From Microcoleus sp. (lineage in GTDB: Bacteria > Cyanobacteriota > Cyanobacteriia > Cyanobacteriales > Microcoleaceae): a stretch of 33,840 nt of DNA. Where the stretch lies: the NCBI GenBank assembly GCA_042408215.1, contig JAYFMW010000009.1:1-33840 (forward strand). Direction: 5' to 3'. The position numbers and the translations under genes are program-made. The notes below the pieces were generated by a model that ran no database searches, was not told the DNA's origin, and was given only the letters and a program-made list of their open reading frames with translations. This document shows positions 1 through 10,052 of the stretch, piece after piece. The stretch's first letter is position 1. Every line of letters begins with the position of its first letter.

Positions 1-39
1 TAATGGAAAAGTTAAAAATTAAATCTGAAGGGGGCCTGA

Positions 40-255
40 ATGCTACCTGTTAAGAAAAAACTTGTCACCGATGAAGCAATGCGTCCAGTTGCAGTGCTGA
101 TTGATTACGAGGACTGGCAAAAAATCGAGAAACTGTTAGAGAATCTAATAATTCAAAAGACAGAAAAGAGTAATTTAGCCAAGTATGCGGGTGTGATTCA
201 ACTAACTCAAGACCCTTTAGAGTATCAGAGACAAATTAGGGAGGAGTGGGATTGA
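40..255 (+). CDS. Small putative antitoxin with no cognate toxin present
   Basis: 71 aa. The PVAVLIDYEDW N-terminus and YQRQIREEW C-terminus resemble antitoxins that precede PIN toxins. Confidence 0.5.
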   Translation: MLPVKKKLVTDEAMRPVAVLIDYEDWQKIEKLLENLIIQKTEKSNLAKYAGVIQLTQDPLEYQRQIREEWD

Positions 256-262
256 ACCAATC

Positions 263-295
263 GATTTTTAGATTTTAGATTCTAGATTTTAGATT
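263..295. repeat. Heptamer tandem repeat (GATTTTA)n, STRR type
   Basis: gattttta gattttagat tctagatttt agatt; it supplies the hicA stop codon. Confidence 0.8.
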
Positions 296-497
296 GAAGA
301 ATACGAGCCTGTTTTAAAATCTGAGCTAGAGTATAACGCTTGACTGAGCGATGAGCTGGGACCGTCAATTTCAATACTTCATCTGGCATAGCTTTTTGCA
401 GTCGAGTGTGGCTACCCCGTTGGCGGACAAATACCCATCCATCCCGCTGTAGGGCAGCAATAATTTGAGTATAAGGAAGATTGGGAACTTTGCTCAT
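282..497 (-). CDS. hicA: HicA-family toxin, C-terminus probably clipped
   Basis: GWVFVRQRGSH and TVPAH motifs; overlaps hicB by 4 nt; last residues are encoded by the repeat. Confidence 0.85.
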   Translation of the reverse strand: MSKVPNLPYTQIIAALQRDGWVFVRQRGSHTRLQKAMPDEVLKLTVPAHRSVKRYTLAQILKQARILQSKI

Positions 498-697
498 AGC
501 ACCAATTCCCTCACAATTGCACCTTCGGAAATGCTCAATTCATCTGCCATCTGCTCCAAATAAAGTTCGATCGCTTCTTGAATATTTGCTAACGCTTCGT
601 CAATCGTTTCCCCTTCACTGATGCAGCCTGACAGTGAGGGAACATAGACGGTATATCCACCTTCGTCACTGGGTTCTAATACGACTTTGATGTTCAT
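494..697 (-). CDS. hicB: HicB-family antitoxin (short form)
   Basis: EGGYTVYVPSLSGCISEGETIDEALANIQEAIELYLE; start reassigned to ATG 697. Confidence 0.9.
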   Translation of the reverse strand: MNIKVVLEPSDEGGYTVYVPSLSGCISEGETIDEALANIQEAIELYLEQMADELSISEGAIVRELVL

Positions 698-874
698 AAT
701 TTCGGTGTCGCGAGCGCTGACTTTTCTATTATAGATGATTTGGGGCGATCGCACTATAATAGCAAATAGCTAAGTATTATGGAGCGATTGCCTGAGCATT
801 TCTTTTGTGGAGATGCCTAACAGTAAAAGGAAAATATGCCATAATATAAATATTCGTTTCATAGCCTTCCACCT

Positions 875-1246
875 AGGACCGCCAAAATCACCCTGAATTT
901 GCCAGATGAAGTCTATCACCAAGCAGAATTAGTAGCGCAGCAACGCCACCGCAGCGTAAGTGAGATTCTAGTATAAACTCTGGAAATCTTCCTATTACCA
1001 ACCGCTAAACCAGTGTCAGCATTGTCTGATTCAGAAGTAATCACTCAGACTCAACTCCGGCTGCAACCAGTCCAAGAACAACGATTGAGTGAATTGCTAG
1101 ACCGCCAACAATCCGGTACAATTACCTCTGTAGAACACGAGGAATTGCAAGCATTAATCCACATCTATGAAGCTAGACTATTACGACAAGCTCAATCCTT
1201 AAATGAAGCTGTGCGGCGCGGCTTGCTCGAACCATTAAAAGGATAA
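875..1246 (+). pseudogene. Degenerate antitoxin-like gene
   Basis: The frame of ORF 1013..1246 extends upstream as TAKITLNLPDEVYHQAE, with AGG where ATG is expected (875) and an in-frame TAA at 974-976. Confidence 0.6.
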
Positions 1247-1251
1247 TCAAA

Positions 1252-1314
1252 ATGGCTATTTCCGAACAAGTTCGAGCCAGAGTTCGCGCCCAAGCTCAAA
1301 GGATCGCAAATTAA
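1252..1314 (+). pseudogene. N-terminal stub of an HNH-type nuclease/toxin
   Basis: MAISEQVRARVRAQAQ resembles the start of small cyanobacterial HNH proteins. It breaks at GGATCGC before the CxxC motif. Confidence 0.5.
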
Positions 1315-1329
1315 ATAATTTACACAAGT

Positions 1330-1386
1330 TTGTGGGATGGGCGGCCCGCCCGTCCTTTCTGTACGGGCGGGACGCCCATCCCACAA
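1330..1386. repeat. REP-like palindrome
   Basis: ttgtgggatgggcg...cgcccatcccacaa inverted repeat. Confidence 0.8.
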
Positions 1387-1437
1387 GAACCATCAAATTA
1401 TAAGTTATTTAATTCTCATTCCAAAGTTGAGTGAATC

Positions 1438-1686
1438 CTAACCTGCTTTTGCCAAAGAACGAACGGTTAAGATTTCATCAGGGCGTAGAACTTCTACAGT
1501 AGAAATGGGAACTGCTATGACTGTCAGAGACTCACCAACAGCATTAAATACTTCCAACAGACAGCCCTCTTCACCACCACTAGGATGAGAAACAAAATCA
1601 ACCAGTGTTGCAAGATCTCCTGCTCTGAGTTGATATTCTGGTAAGTCACGGGTTAAAGCAACTTCCTGATATAGCTCTAGGGTCAT
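1438..1686 (-). CDS. DUF4926-family protein (putative antitoxin/immunity)
   Basis: LYQEVALTRDLPEYQLRAGDLATLVD...LEVFNAVGES pattern. Confidence 0.8.
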   Translation of the reverse strand: MTLELYQEVALTRDLPEYQLRAGDLATLVDFVSHPSGGEEGCLLEVFNAVGESLTVIAVPISTVEVLRPDEILTVRSLAKAG

Positions 1687-1687
1687 G

Positions 1688-2017
1688 TCAATTCTCCTTA
1701 AGAGGTTTGAGGGTCACGAACTGAAATTTTCCATCAATCCGTCGTTGTAGCCAAATTGTAACAACAAATAGGTTTGTGCCATTTGTACCAACGAGTTCTC
1801 CTACAACTTGATAAAAGACTCCATACTCGTTGTTCCTGTCTTCAACAGCCTCACCTACTCCCACAACTGACTGGATGGCTGCTCTGAGTGCTTCTGGGTT
1901 TTCTGAGGTAAATCCAGCCCGTGCCAAGAATTTTGACTTATCATTTCTGGCTTTATGCACAAGTAGGTAGCCGGTTATCTTGTCGTCTGGGATGAGCGCA
2001 TCTTCTGGAATCTTCAC
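1688..2017 (-). CDS. DUF6883-like protein (putative toxin partner of DUF4926)
   Basis: KITGYLL...DKSKFLARAGF...YG...VVTIW...FVTL; directly upstream of DUF4926. Confidence 0.7.
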   Translation of the reverse strand: MKIPEDALIPDDKITGYLLVHKARNDKSKFLARAGFTSENPEALRAAIQSVVGVGEAVEDRNNEYGVFYQVVGELVGTNGTNLFVVTIWLQRRIDGKFQFVTLKPLKEN

Positions 2018-2265
2018 CCTGAAACCTCTCCATCCTTTTTATTTTGATTGTGCCATACAGAAGCCCAAGAGTTTGTATCGTTCTGGATTACCGCAGTTTT
2101 TTCGTGAAAGTCGATCGCACATATGGCCTTTTTGGCGACTGAGGAGATTTTAGACCAGCGCGAGGTCAGAGATAGGGTGGGTGGTGCGATCGAACGCACA
2201 AATGATATAAAACTGACTGATTTAACTGAAATTAATACTGAGTCAGTGCAATTTTTGTAAAAAAG

Positions 2266-2309
2266 GGCGATCGCACTTTCATCAAGGTGTGGAAAAAAGT
2301 GCGATCGCC
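2266..2309. terminator. HIP1-containing hairpin, possible terminator
   Basis: GGCGATCGCACTTT...AAAGTGCGATCGCC, followed on the minus strand by a T run, just after ORF 2345..2629. Confidence 0.5.
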
Positions 2310-2344
2310 TTTCAATTTTCTTACTTCCTTACCTGCATCAACAG

Positions 2345-2629
2345 CTAGAAAGTCCGACTGACTCTTTTTAACCATTCATTGCCATTTGGTGTTTTTCCCG
2401 TCACACCGAATTCATCTGTTATGGGAGTAGTATCAGTCATGAAAGTACCATCTGGCTTGAGCCTGATGCGGTAAAGTTTTCTATATTCTTCGCGCCATAG
2501 ATTGGCATTTGGTGTCGTTCCTGTAGCACCAAATTGATCGGTTACAGGAGTCCTTGATTGAGCATTAGCTGGCAAAGATATACTCAATATTAAGAGCGCG
2601 AGACTACCAACAAAAACTTGATACTTCAT
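2345..2629 (-). CDS. Small secreted protein with an internal duplication
   Basis: Signal peptide ending ANA-Q; two copies of TP(V/I)TD(Q/E)FGxTGxTPNxNxW. Confidence 0.65.
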   Translation of the reverse strand: MKYQVFVGSLALLILSISLPANAQSRTPVTDQFGATGTTPNANLWREEYRKLYRIRLKPDGTFMTDTTPITDEFGVTGKTPNGNEWLKRVSRTF

Positions 2630-2810
2630 AAGATTGCGAATTCCTTTCTCAAGATATTGACAAACAGACTTTGACTGGTTGGACATCTGTACTGGGGCGA
2701 TCGATGATTATTTGAATTTTACATGATTATCGTATAATTATTGATTTATCGGATAGAGGTTTCTTAAGGAAAAATATAGGATTTCATTGTCCTTTACACG
2801 ATTTCCTGAT

Positions 2811-3170
2811 ATGGCGTTCTCCCTTGGCAAGCGCCTCAAGGCTACCCGTGAAGCACTCGGATTAACCCAAGAGCAAGTTATTGAGCAGTTAGAGCTGCGC
2901 TACGGGATCACCCTGAGCCAACAAGCCATCTCGTGTATCGAACACGGCAAGCGCAAAGTAGACGCCGAGAGGGAGCTACCCGCCTTCGCCGCCGTGTACA
3001 GAAAACCGATCGATTATTTCTACGAAACCCTGGAATTGCCCGCCGCACCCCCAGCCGCATCCGCACCCAAGCGCCGCTCAACAGTCACCGTTGACATGGA
3101 TGCTCTGACTCACCGCGATAAGCTAGAGCTAGCAGCAGAATTAATTCACAACGTTTTGCAAGAAACCTAA
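2811..3170 (+). CDS. XRE-family HTH transcriptional regulator
   Basis: LGKRLKATREALGLTQEQV...SQQAISCIEHGKR. Confidence 0.85.
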   Translation: MAFSLGKRLKATREALGLTQEQVIEQLELRYGITLSQQAISCIEHGKRKVDAERELPAFAAVYRKPIDYFYETLELPAAPPAASAPKRRSTVTVDMDALTHRDKLELAAELIHNVLQET

Positions 3171-3228
3171 TAGGGCGATCGCCCTACAATATCAAATAGC
3201 TACCTAATTCATAAATCACATAGATTCT

Positions 3229-3588
3229 ATGACAATCCAAGAATTAGAAGCACAACTTTTGGCCTTAACGCCGATAGACAAAGCTGAGGCCATCAGCATC
3301 TTAACCCAGAGTTTGAAAAACAGCGGCCGCCCGATTACAAAAACCCCAGGCGTGATGGGCGGCGACGCTTGTATAGACAAAACTCGCATTCCCATTTGGT
3401 TGCTCGCCAGCTATCGCAATGACGGCGTTACTGATGCTTTTATCCTAGATTGCTATCCCCATCTCAGTGCTGCTGATTTGGTAAATGTTTGGGCTTATAC
3501 TGAAGCTTGTCCAGACGAAAATGAGGAAGCAATTCGACAGCAAGATGAGGCTGACGAAATCTTAGATACACCCGAAAATATCAAATAA
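3229..3588 (+). CDS. DUF433 antitoxin
   Basis: ITKTPGVMGGDACIDKTRIPIW...YPHLS motif. Confidence 0.9.
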   Translation: MTIQELEAQLLALTPIDKAEAISILTQSLKNSGRPITKTPGVMGGDACIDKTRIPIWLLASYRNDGVTDAFILDCYPHLSAADLVNVWAYTEACPDENEEAIRQQDEADEILDTPENIK

Positions 3589-3592
3589 ACCT

Positions 3593-3807
3593 ATGGTACG
3601 TCTCTACGCAGACGAACACTTTCCCCGACAAGTCGTGCAAAACCTGCGCTATGAGGGGCATGATGTCAATTCCGGTTGTATCGGAATGATTAAACCGCTC
3701 CAGCGCCAGAGAGCACAGAGTCTCCAGAAGAGAGAGATGAATAATTCCGATGCCAACGGATTTGATATGATGTCCTGACTGTTCAAGAAGCAGGAAATGC
3801 TGGACTA
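3593..3807 (+). pseudogene. DUF5615 PIN-like toxin, interrupted and truncated
   Basis: MVRLYADEHFP...GHDV resumes as LTVQEAGNAGL after the insert is removed; similarity is then lost. Confidence 0.8.
3668..3766. mobile_element. About 100-bp MITE-like insertion
   Basis: ATGATGTC duplicated at 3660-3667 and 3767-3774; imperfect inverted termini aattccggttgtatcggaat / attccgatgccaacggattt. Confidence 0.75.
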
Positions 3808-4132
3808 ATCGATTGGGGGCGCCGTCCATATATTAACTCCCTTCCCGGTAAAAGACTATCGAATTCTTTCTGATTCTTCCTGATTCTTCCTTCGTGTCCT
3901 TCGCGTCTTCGCGGTTAAATAATACTAATTATTCCGAACCGAAAGAAGTCATTGAATTCAATAAACTTCATGGTCGATTTGATCGAACCCAATTTTAAGG
4001 ACTAAAATCCTTACTACAAACCTATTTTTCCAAGTTTGTCAAGTATTTTACCAATAAAGAAACCCGGTGGCTGTAGGGGCGATGCCCCCGTGCTCGCCCG
4101 GGTTTCTGGGATGACAGAAAACTCAACTAATT

Positions 4133-7094
4133 TTACTTAGTTTTATTCTTAGTCGTTGTCGCAGTCGCCGTCTTTTTAGCAGCAGTAGTTTTCTTCGCAG
4201 CAGTTGTCGATTTCGCCGCCGTAGTCTTCTTAGCCGCAGTTTCCGACTTCGCCGCAGTAGTTTTCTTAGCAGTAGTTGTTTTCTTCGCAGCAGTTTCCGA
4301 CTTCGCCGCAGTAGTCTTAGTTGACTTCTTCGACTTGCTGCTAGATTTTCCGCCGCCCGCTGCTTCCTTCGCTGCTAACAAATCCAGTGCTTTTTGTAAG
4401 GTGAAATTCTCCACTGATTCATCCTTAGCCAAAGACGCATTGATTTCCCCGTGTTTGACGTAGGGCCCATAACGGCCATCGTAAACATTGAGGAGTTCTC
4501 CCGATTCTGGATGGGCGCCCAATTCCTTCAACGGTGTGGCTGTTTTGCTGCTTCCCCGAACGGCTTTTGGCTGGGCTAATAGTTCTAATGCCCGATCGAG
4601 GCCTATACTTAAAACATCATCAGGTGGTTTGATCGATCGATAATCCTTACCCACCTTACCTTGGTCGTGCACCACATAAGGCCCATACATCCCCAAATTA
4701 GCCTGCACCTTCGCCCCCGTATCCGGGTGAGTGCCCAACAAGCGCGGCAGAGTCAGCAAACTCACAGCCATCTCCATAGTCACACTATCTTTATCCGTCC
4801 CCTTCGGCAAAGAAGCCCGCTTCGGTTTCTTGTTAGTTTCCGACACTTCCCCTAACTGAACGTAAGGCCCATAACTACCAATCAGCACAAAAATCGGTTC
4901 CCCAGTTTCCGGGTGGAGACCCAATGTTTCCGGGCCTTCAGTTTTTTGCTTTAACAAAAACTCGACTTGTTCCGGGTCTAAATCCGCCGGCGTCAAATCT
5001 TGAGGAATCGATGCTTTTATCGGCCCTTCTTCCCTTTCAGCTTCGAGGTAAGCGCCGTATTTGCCGATACACACTTTGGCAGATATATTCTCCAATACCA
5101 CAGTGCGGGCAACTTTGGCATCAATTTGACTTTCCTGTTCTTTGACTTGAGTTGCGAGTCCAGTTTCCCCTCGATAAAACTTGTCCAAATACGGCAGCCA
5201 TTTAGCTTCGCCGGTAGCAATTTCATCGAGGGTTTGTTCCATTCTGGAAGTAAAACCGGTGTCTACTAAATCGGGAAAATATGTTTCCAATAAAGTAGTG
5301 ACAGCGAAAGCAGTGAAAGTGGGAATTAAGGCGTTGGTGATTAATTTCGCGTAACCGCGATCGACTATAGTGCCGATAATACTCGCATAGGTACTCGGAC
5401 GACCCACCCCTTCACTTTCGAGCGTTTTGACGAGAGAAGCTTCTGTGAAAGCGGGCGGGAGGCTGAGTTTCGTGGCCGATCGCCTCTAAGTCCTTACAAT
5501 TAGGTTGATCGCCCACTTTCAGTGCCGGCAAAATCACCTCTTGGTCTTCCAAAGCCGCATCCGGGTCATCGGAACCCTCCACGTAGGCCCGCAAAAAGCC
5601 GGGAAAATCGATGCGTTTCCCACTGGAACGAAAACCCGCATCTTCCACCTGAGTCAGTACCGTGACGTGAGTTTGGCGCGAATCAGCCATTTGAGAAGCG
5701 ACAGTCCGCTTCCAAATCAAATCGTAGAGGCGGAAATCAACGCCATCGAGTCCGGTTTGCTGCGGAGTCCGAAAAGTGCTACCGGCGGGACGGATAGCTT
5801 CGTGGGCTTCCTGAGCACCTTTGCTTTTGGTCGTGTATTTGCGCGGTTGGGGGCTGAGGTATTCGCTACCGTAAAGTTCTTGGACGCAACTGCGGGCTGC
5901 GGCGATCGCCTGTTCCGATAAATGCACCGAATCCGTCCGCATATAGGTGATAAAACCGCGTTCGTACAGACTTTGGGCGATTCGCATAGTTTCACGCGCA
6001 CCCAGCCTCAGCTTGCGGTTAGCTTCCTGCTGCAAAGTCGAGGTTGTAAACGGTGGCGAAGGTTTCCGGGTGACTGGCCGTTCTTCGAGATTGGTGACAG
6101 TCCAAGGTTTGTTTTGAATGCGCGAGAGTAAAGCCCGCGCCTGTGGTTCATTCAGCAAAAGTACGCGGCGGCCTGCGATAATTTGCCCGGTACTTTCATC
6201 AAAATCGCTACCGTTGGCAACTTTCACATTGCCTACTGTTACCAGTTTGGCATCAAAGGCACCCCCCTGTCCCCCCTTACCAAGGGGGGTATTGTCCGAA
6301 GCCCCCCCCTTACCAAGGGGGGTATTGTCCGAAGCCCCCCCCTTACCAAGGGGGGTATTGTCCGAAGCCCCCCCCTTACCAAGGGGGGTATTGTCCGAAG
6401 CCCCCCCCTTACCAAGGGGGGTATTGTCCGAAGCCCCCCCCTTACCAAGGGGGGGGTTGGGGGGGGTCAAAGTCGCTTTTAAATCCCAGTAGCTACCTTG
6501 GTGGAAGGCGCGGCGTTCCCTTTCCCGGCATACCAAAAGGCGCACGGCGACTGACTGCACTCTGCCGGCGGACAAGCCCCAGGCGATTTTTTTCCACAAG
6601 AGGGGCGAAAGGGTGTAACCGACGAGTCTGTCGAGAATCCGGCGAGTTTCTTGGGCTTGTACTACTCGATTGTCGATGTCGCGACAGTGAGTCAAAGCAT
6701 CGCGGATGGCTTCGCGGGTGATTTCGTGAAACACCATCCGTTTGATGGGAACTTTGGGTTTGAGGATTTGCAGCAAATGCCAGGAAATGCTTTCGCCTTC
6801 GCGGTCTTCGTCTGTGGCTAGAATCAGTTCTGTTGCTTCTTTGAGGGCTTCTTTGAGTTCTTTGACAATTTTCTTTTTATCTTTCGGGATGACGTAGAGG
6901 GGTTCAAAGTCGGCCTCCACGTTTACGCCGAGTTGCGCCCATTTTTCTCCTTTGACGGCTTCTGGTATTTCTTCGGCGGAGGATGGGAGGTCGCGCACAT
7001 GGCCCATCGATGCCTCTACACGGTAGGTGGAGGGCAGGAAGTTGCGAATGGTGCGGGCTTTTGTGGGAGATTCGACGATGACTAGGGTTGACAT
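4133..7094 (-). CDS. topA: DNA topoisomerase I, split by a 1-nt frameshift near 5448-5450
   Basis: [50 protein letters not shown]-terminal repeats and a Lys/Ala/Thr tail. Deleting one base restores [23 protein letters not shown]. Confidence 0.95.
6262..6466. repeat. In-frame 33-bp palindromic tandem array inside topA
   Basis: Unit ccccccttaccaaggggggtattgtccgaagcc; encodes PLGKGG six times, separated by five ASDNT. Confidence 0.95.
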
Positions 7095-7709
7095 GGCATC
7101 TTTTATATGGGTAGCGACGCAGAAGCGAGTGTTTAATTTACCGAGTGTATGTCAGATGTCAATGCTTCTGGGAATTTTGGGTATTATTTTCACGCTACCT
7201 TAATTTTTAAGTTATTGCCGATCGGGTTAAATATGACAAGCTCAAAGGCACTTACAGCAGATTCCACGTTTATGAAGTACACCCGCCTATCGATACCCGT
7301 AGGGACCAGGCATTGCCTGGTCCCTACTACTTCTGGAATACGCTGTATGTAGAACGTAAAAGGTAGAAAGTAGAAAGTATCAGGTATAAGTGCATCGCCT
7401 GATGTTTTACCTGACTGTAGCAGAATTGCTGGTGACTGGATGTTGAGACTGCTGAATGTGGGGCCAGAGTTCCTGGAAGTGGGGCGATTTGAAGCTGGGG
7501 GAGGGTTGGGGATTGTCATGACTTATACCAAAATTGTGAAGGTCAGCGATCGCGAAAACAATTAAGTCCAATGATGCGATGGGTTAAAATAGGACTCGAT
7601 CGATAGCGAGGTTGACCAGAAATCGCTCCCAAGTAATCGCCTTCACCCAAACAAAAATAAGGTGCGTTACATTTCATTAACGCACCCTACAAGAGCGGCG
7701 ATCGCACTA

Positions 7710-7925
7710 TTAGCCGTTTGGCTGGCTTGCTTTATAGTTGTTCATCGCTTTTTGACTGAGTTCTTCTAGACCTACATCAGACCAAAGATCTTTTTGCCAA
7801 AGAGTATAATCAAACGGTTCTCGTAAGATGAGACTGATCAACTTCTCAGCTTGAACTTCTCCTAATGCGCTAACTAATGCCTCTAGTCCCTTTAGCTTGA
7901 TTTCAGTGTCAGTTATCGTATCCAT
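7710..7925 (-). CDS. Orphan putative antitoxin
   Basis: TDTEIKLKGLEALVSALGEVQAEK...EPFDYTLWQ resembles a family usually paired with PIN toxins. Confidence 0.6.
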   Translation of the reverse strand: MDTITDTEIKLKGLEALVSALGEVQAEKLISLILREPFDYTLWQKDLWSDVGLEELSQKAMNNYKASQPNG

Positions 7926-8206
7926 CGTTTACTATATTTTTCCGACCTCTGACAAAGTTATCATTTCTTGATAATTCAAGCGCGTTAGGTAGAATTAGAT
8001 AATGGCTAACGATCGAGTTAGGCACTCAAAGGCTTGTAATTGTTGGGTTTCGTTGTCTCAACCCAACCTACAAGATCGGGCGATCGCACTAACGCACCCT
8101 ACGATACTAGATTGGCTGAATAAAGTTTAATTGGGATCATCCCATTTTTGTAAAATCATTACCCAAAGTAACGAGATTGCAAGGGTTTTAGTACCCCTTA
8201 AAATGG

Positions 8207-8710
8207 CTAACGTGCAAAATTGGGATGCTCCAGTTTAATTAAACAAGCACCTCCTTCAACGTGCTTTCTATTATTTTTATTTCCATAATAAAAATTCAAA
8301 AACAATAACACATCGTCTGGATAAGCAGAAGGCATTTTTTTTAGCATGATATTACCAGACACTGTGAAATGGTCTAAAGATGAAGGCTTTGATAATGAAA
8401 TAGTTGCTCCATTTTCAATTTTGTGAAAGGAAACACATTTCTTGATCGGCTTTTTCTGATCGCTTGTAAAGTCAGCAATCTCAACATTAATTATTGTCAA
8501 TATATTTTGATTGTTGTAAATAGCTTGAGCCGTTAACTCAAGCTGGTCATCACTTGATTTCCAAGTATAGGATACGGGTGTTTCCCCTAGCATTTGCTCG
8601 GCTTTAGGTTTTTCAAGATCATGCTCAACTTGAGATTGCTTTGCTGTCGCTCTCAATGAAAGAATTGCTTTATATCGTCTATTGGGTCGCTCTTGTTCTT
8701 TAGAAGTCAT
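8207..8710 (-). CDS. Hypothetical protein
   Basis: 167-aa AT-rich ORF with no recognised motif; a short palindromic repeat lies near its 5' end. Confidence 0.6.
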   Translation of the reverse strand: MTSKEQERPNRRYKAILSLRATAKQSQVEHDLEKPKAEQMLGETPVSYTWKSSDDQLELTAQAIYNNQNILTIINVEIADFTSDQKKPIKKCVSFHKIENGATISLSKPSSLDHFTVSGNIMLKKMPSAYPDDVLLFLNFYYGNKNNRKHVEGGACLIKLEHPNFAR

Positions 8711-8765
8711 TGTACAGTTTCTGTTCGCTTGAGTTTTTGGGTACTTATAGTGATCGGGAAATCTG

Positions 8766-8799
8766 AAAAGAAATCCTAAGCACCATTAGGATTTCTTTT
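8766..8799 (-). terminator. Intrinsic terminator
   Basis: aaaagaaatcctaa-gcacca-ttaggatttctttt perfect stem downstream of 8867..9481. Confidence 0.75.
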
Positions 8800-8866
8800 G
8801 CGGAATTGTAACCCACTATCTACAAGTTTGTAATGCTAATTTCTAGTCTGTTTCAATCAGAGACTA

Positions 8867-9481
8867 TTAAACAACCTTGTCTAGTTCAAACCTGAATTGC
8901 GTGGCCAATGTACCACCACCACCACCACTCATAATTATGTTAGCACTGCTAATACCTAGCAAATCAAACTCTGTATTGATATCAGAGAGCACGGCGGTAT
9001 TGATTTCTTCTCCTTGTTGAACATCAGATACTACCCCGATAAAAATCCTCGGGAGAAATTGAAAAACAGCTTTTTGAGCAGGCGAAACAATCTTATGTTT
9101 GGCGAGTAATTTACCGTCTTTAAAGACATTGGCTGAGACAGAACCCAGTGACAGGTTATTCTTGAGTTCAACTTCAAATGGACTGGCTGTTGGTTCAGAA
9201 GTAAGACGAAGAATATGACCAGATTTCCCCATTTCTACTGCAAACTTATTTCCAAAGGTTGCTAACATTTTAGGCGTGTAATTACCATCACTATCTGAAG
9301 AAGAGACCTCAAATTTTGCCGGAAATACGAAGGGATGGTTACACCCCACACCACAATTAGTTATTACCTTCCAAGCAATAGCTAGCTCACCAAAATTTGT
9401 GGCTTCATTTTTTTGAAAGATTAATACTTGACTATTGGCGACATCATTTGAGTAATTGATGAAATTAAGTTGGATATCCAT
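8867..9481 (-). CDS. Beta-rich hypothetical protein, likely a conserved family
   Basis: 204 aa with AGGAG RBS. MDIQLNFINxSND...IFQKN...AWKVI...HPF matches an uncharacterised family as recalled, not verified. Confidence 0.75.
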   Translation of the reverse strand: MDIQLNFINYSNDVANSQVLIFQKNEATNFGELAIAWKVITNCGVGCNHPFVFPAKFEVSSSDSDGNYTPKMLATFGNKFAVEMGKSGHILRLTSEPTASPFEVELKNNLSLGSVSANVFKDGKLLAKHKIVSPAQKAVFQFLPRIFIGVVSDVQQGEEINTAVLSDINTEFDLLGISSANIIMSGGGGGTLATQFRFELDKVV

Positions 9482-9539
9482 GATGATTAATCAGCTCCTT
9501 TTTTTGTTTTTGTTTTGGTTTTTGTCTATTAGATGAACC

Positions 9540-10052
9540 CTATTCAGTCTCACGGATTATCCGCAAAGTTCCAAGTGTTTTGCCATCCTTGTCCGTTAGT
9601 ATGGCATCAAGAGATAAGTCCTCTTCGTCATTAAGATTAAGACTAGAGGAGGTATATACTCCACTGACTTTGTAGGATACTTGGCGCTTGGGCTTAAACT
9701 CGAACTGCATGGCGTTTCTGGTTTTTTTTCCAGTGACACTGACACTGTAGCCACGTGATAGTCCATAGGCAATCAGAGAAGCTAGGGTTAAAAGAGTGGG
9801 AATCTTCACAGCAGCTTGGATAATAGGAATCGTGACTTCATGCTCCCCATGATCGAGGGCTTGTTGATTTAAAACCTTTTCCCATTCAGATACTTGATGT
9901 GAATCCGCTACATCCACTGTGAATGGAGTCTTAGCTTGGATTTCTGGGAAGACTAGATCACCACCCTGAACGTCAGTCCATTCGATAGAGTTCAAGGAAT
10001 GCTCCTGGAGAGTTACGAAGGAATTTACTATGAGCCCTGTCATCGCTTTCAC
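9540..10052 (-). CDS. Hypothetical protein with one hydrophobic segment
   Basis: Open frame overlapping the upstream gene by 80 nt; IPTLLTLASLIAYGL segment; start uncertain. Confidence 0.55.
   Translation of the reverse strand: MKAMTGLIVNSFVTLQEHSLNSIEWTDVQGGDLVFPEIQAKTPFTVDVADSHQVSEWEKVLNQQALDHGEHEVTIPIIQAAVKIPTLLTLASLIAYGLSRGYSVSVTGKKTRNAMQFEFKPKRQVSYKVSGVYTSSSLNLNDEEDLSLDAILTDKDGKTLGTLRIIRETE

Noticed and set aside
4133..4350. Lys/Ala/Thr-rich TopA tail as a novelty
   Set aside because: Basic low-complexity tails are known in bacterial TopA.
6118..6492. Plus-strand ORFs and a CRISPR-like look at the 33-bp array
   Set aside because: Units are identical with no unique spacers; the ORFs are shadows of the repeat antisense to topA.
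7149..7519. ORFs upstream of topA
   Set aside because: They cross a palindrome and heptamer repeats and show no recognisable motif.
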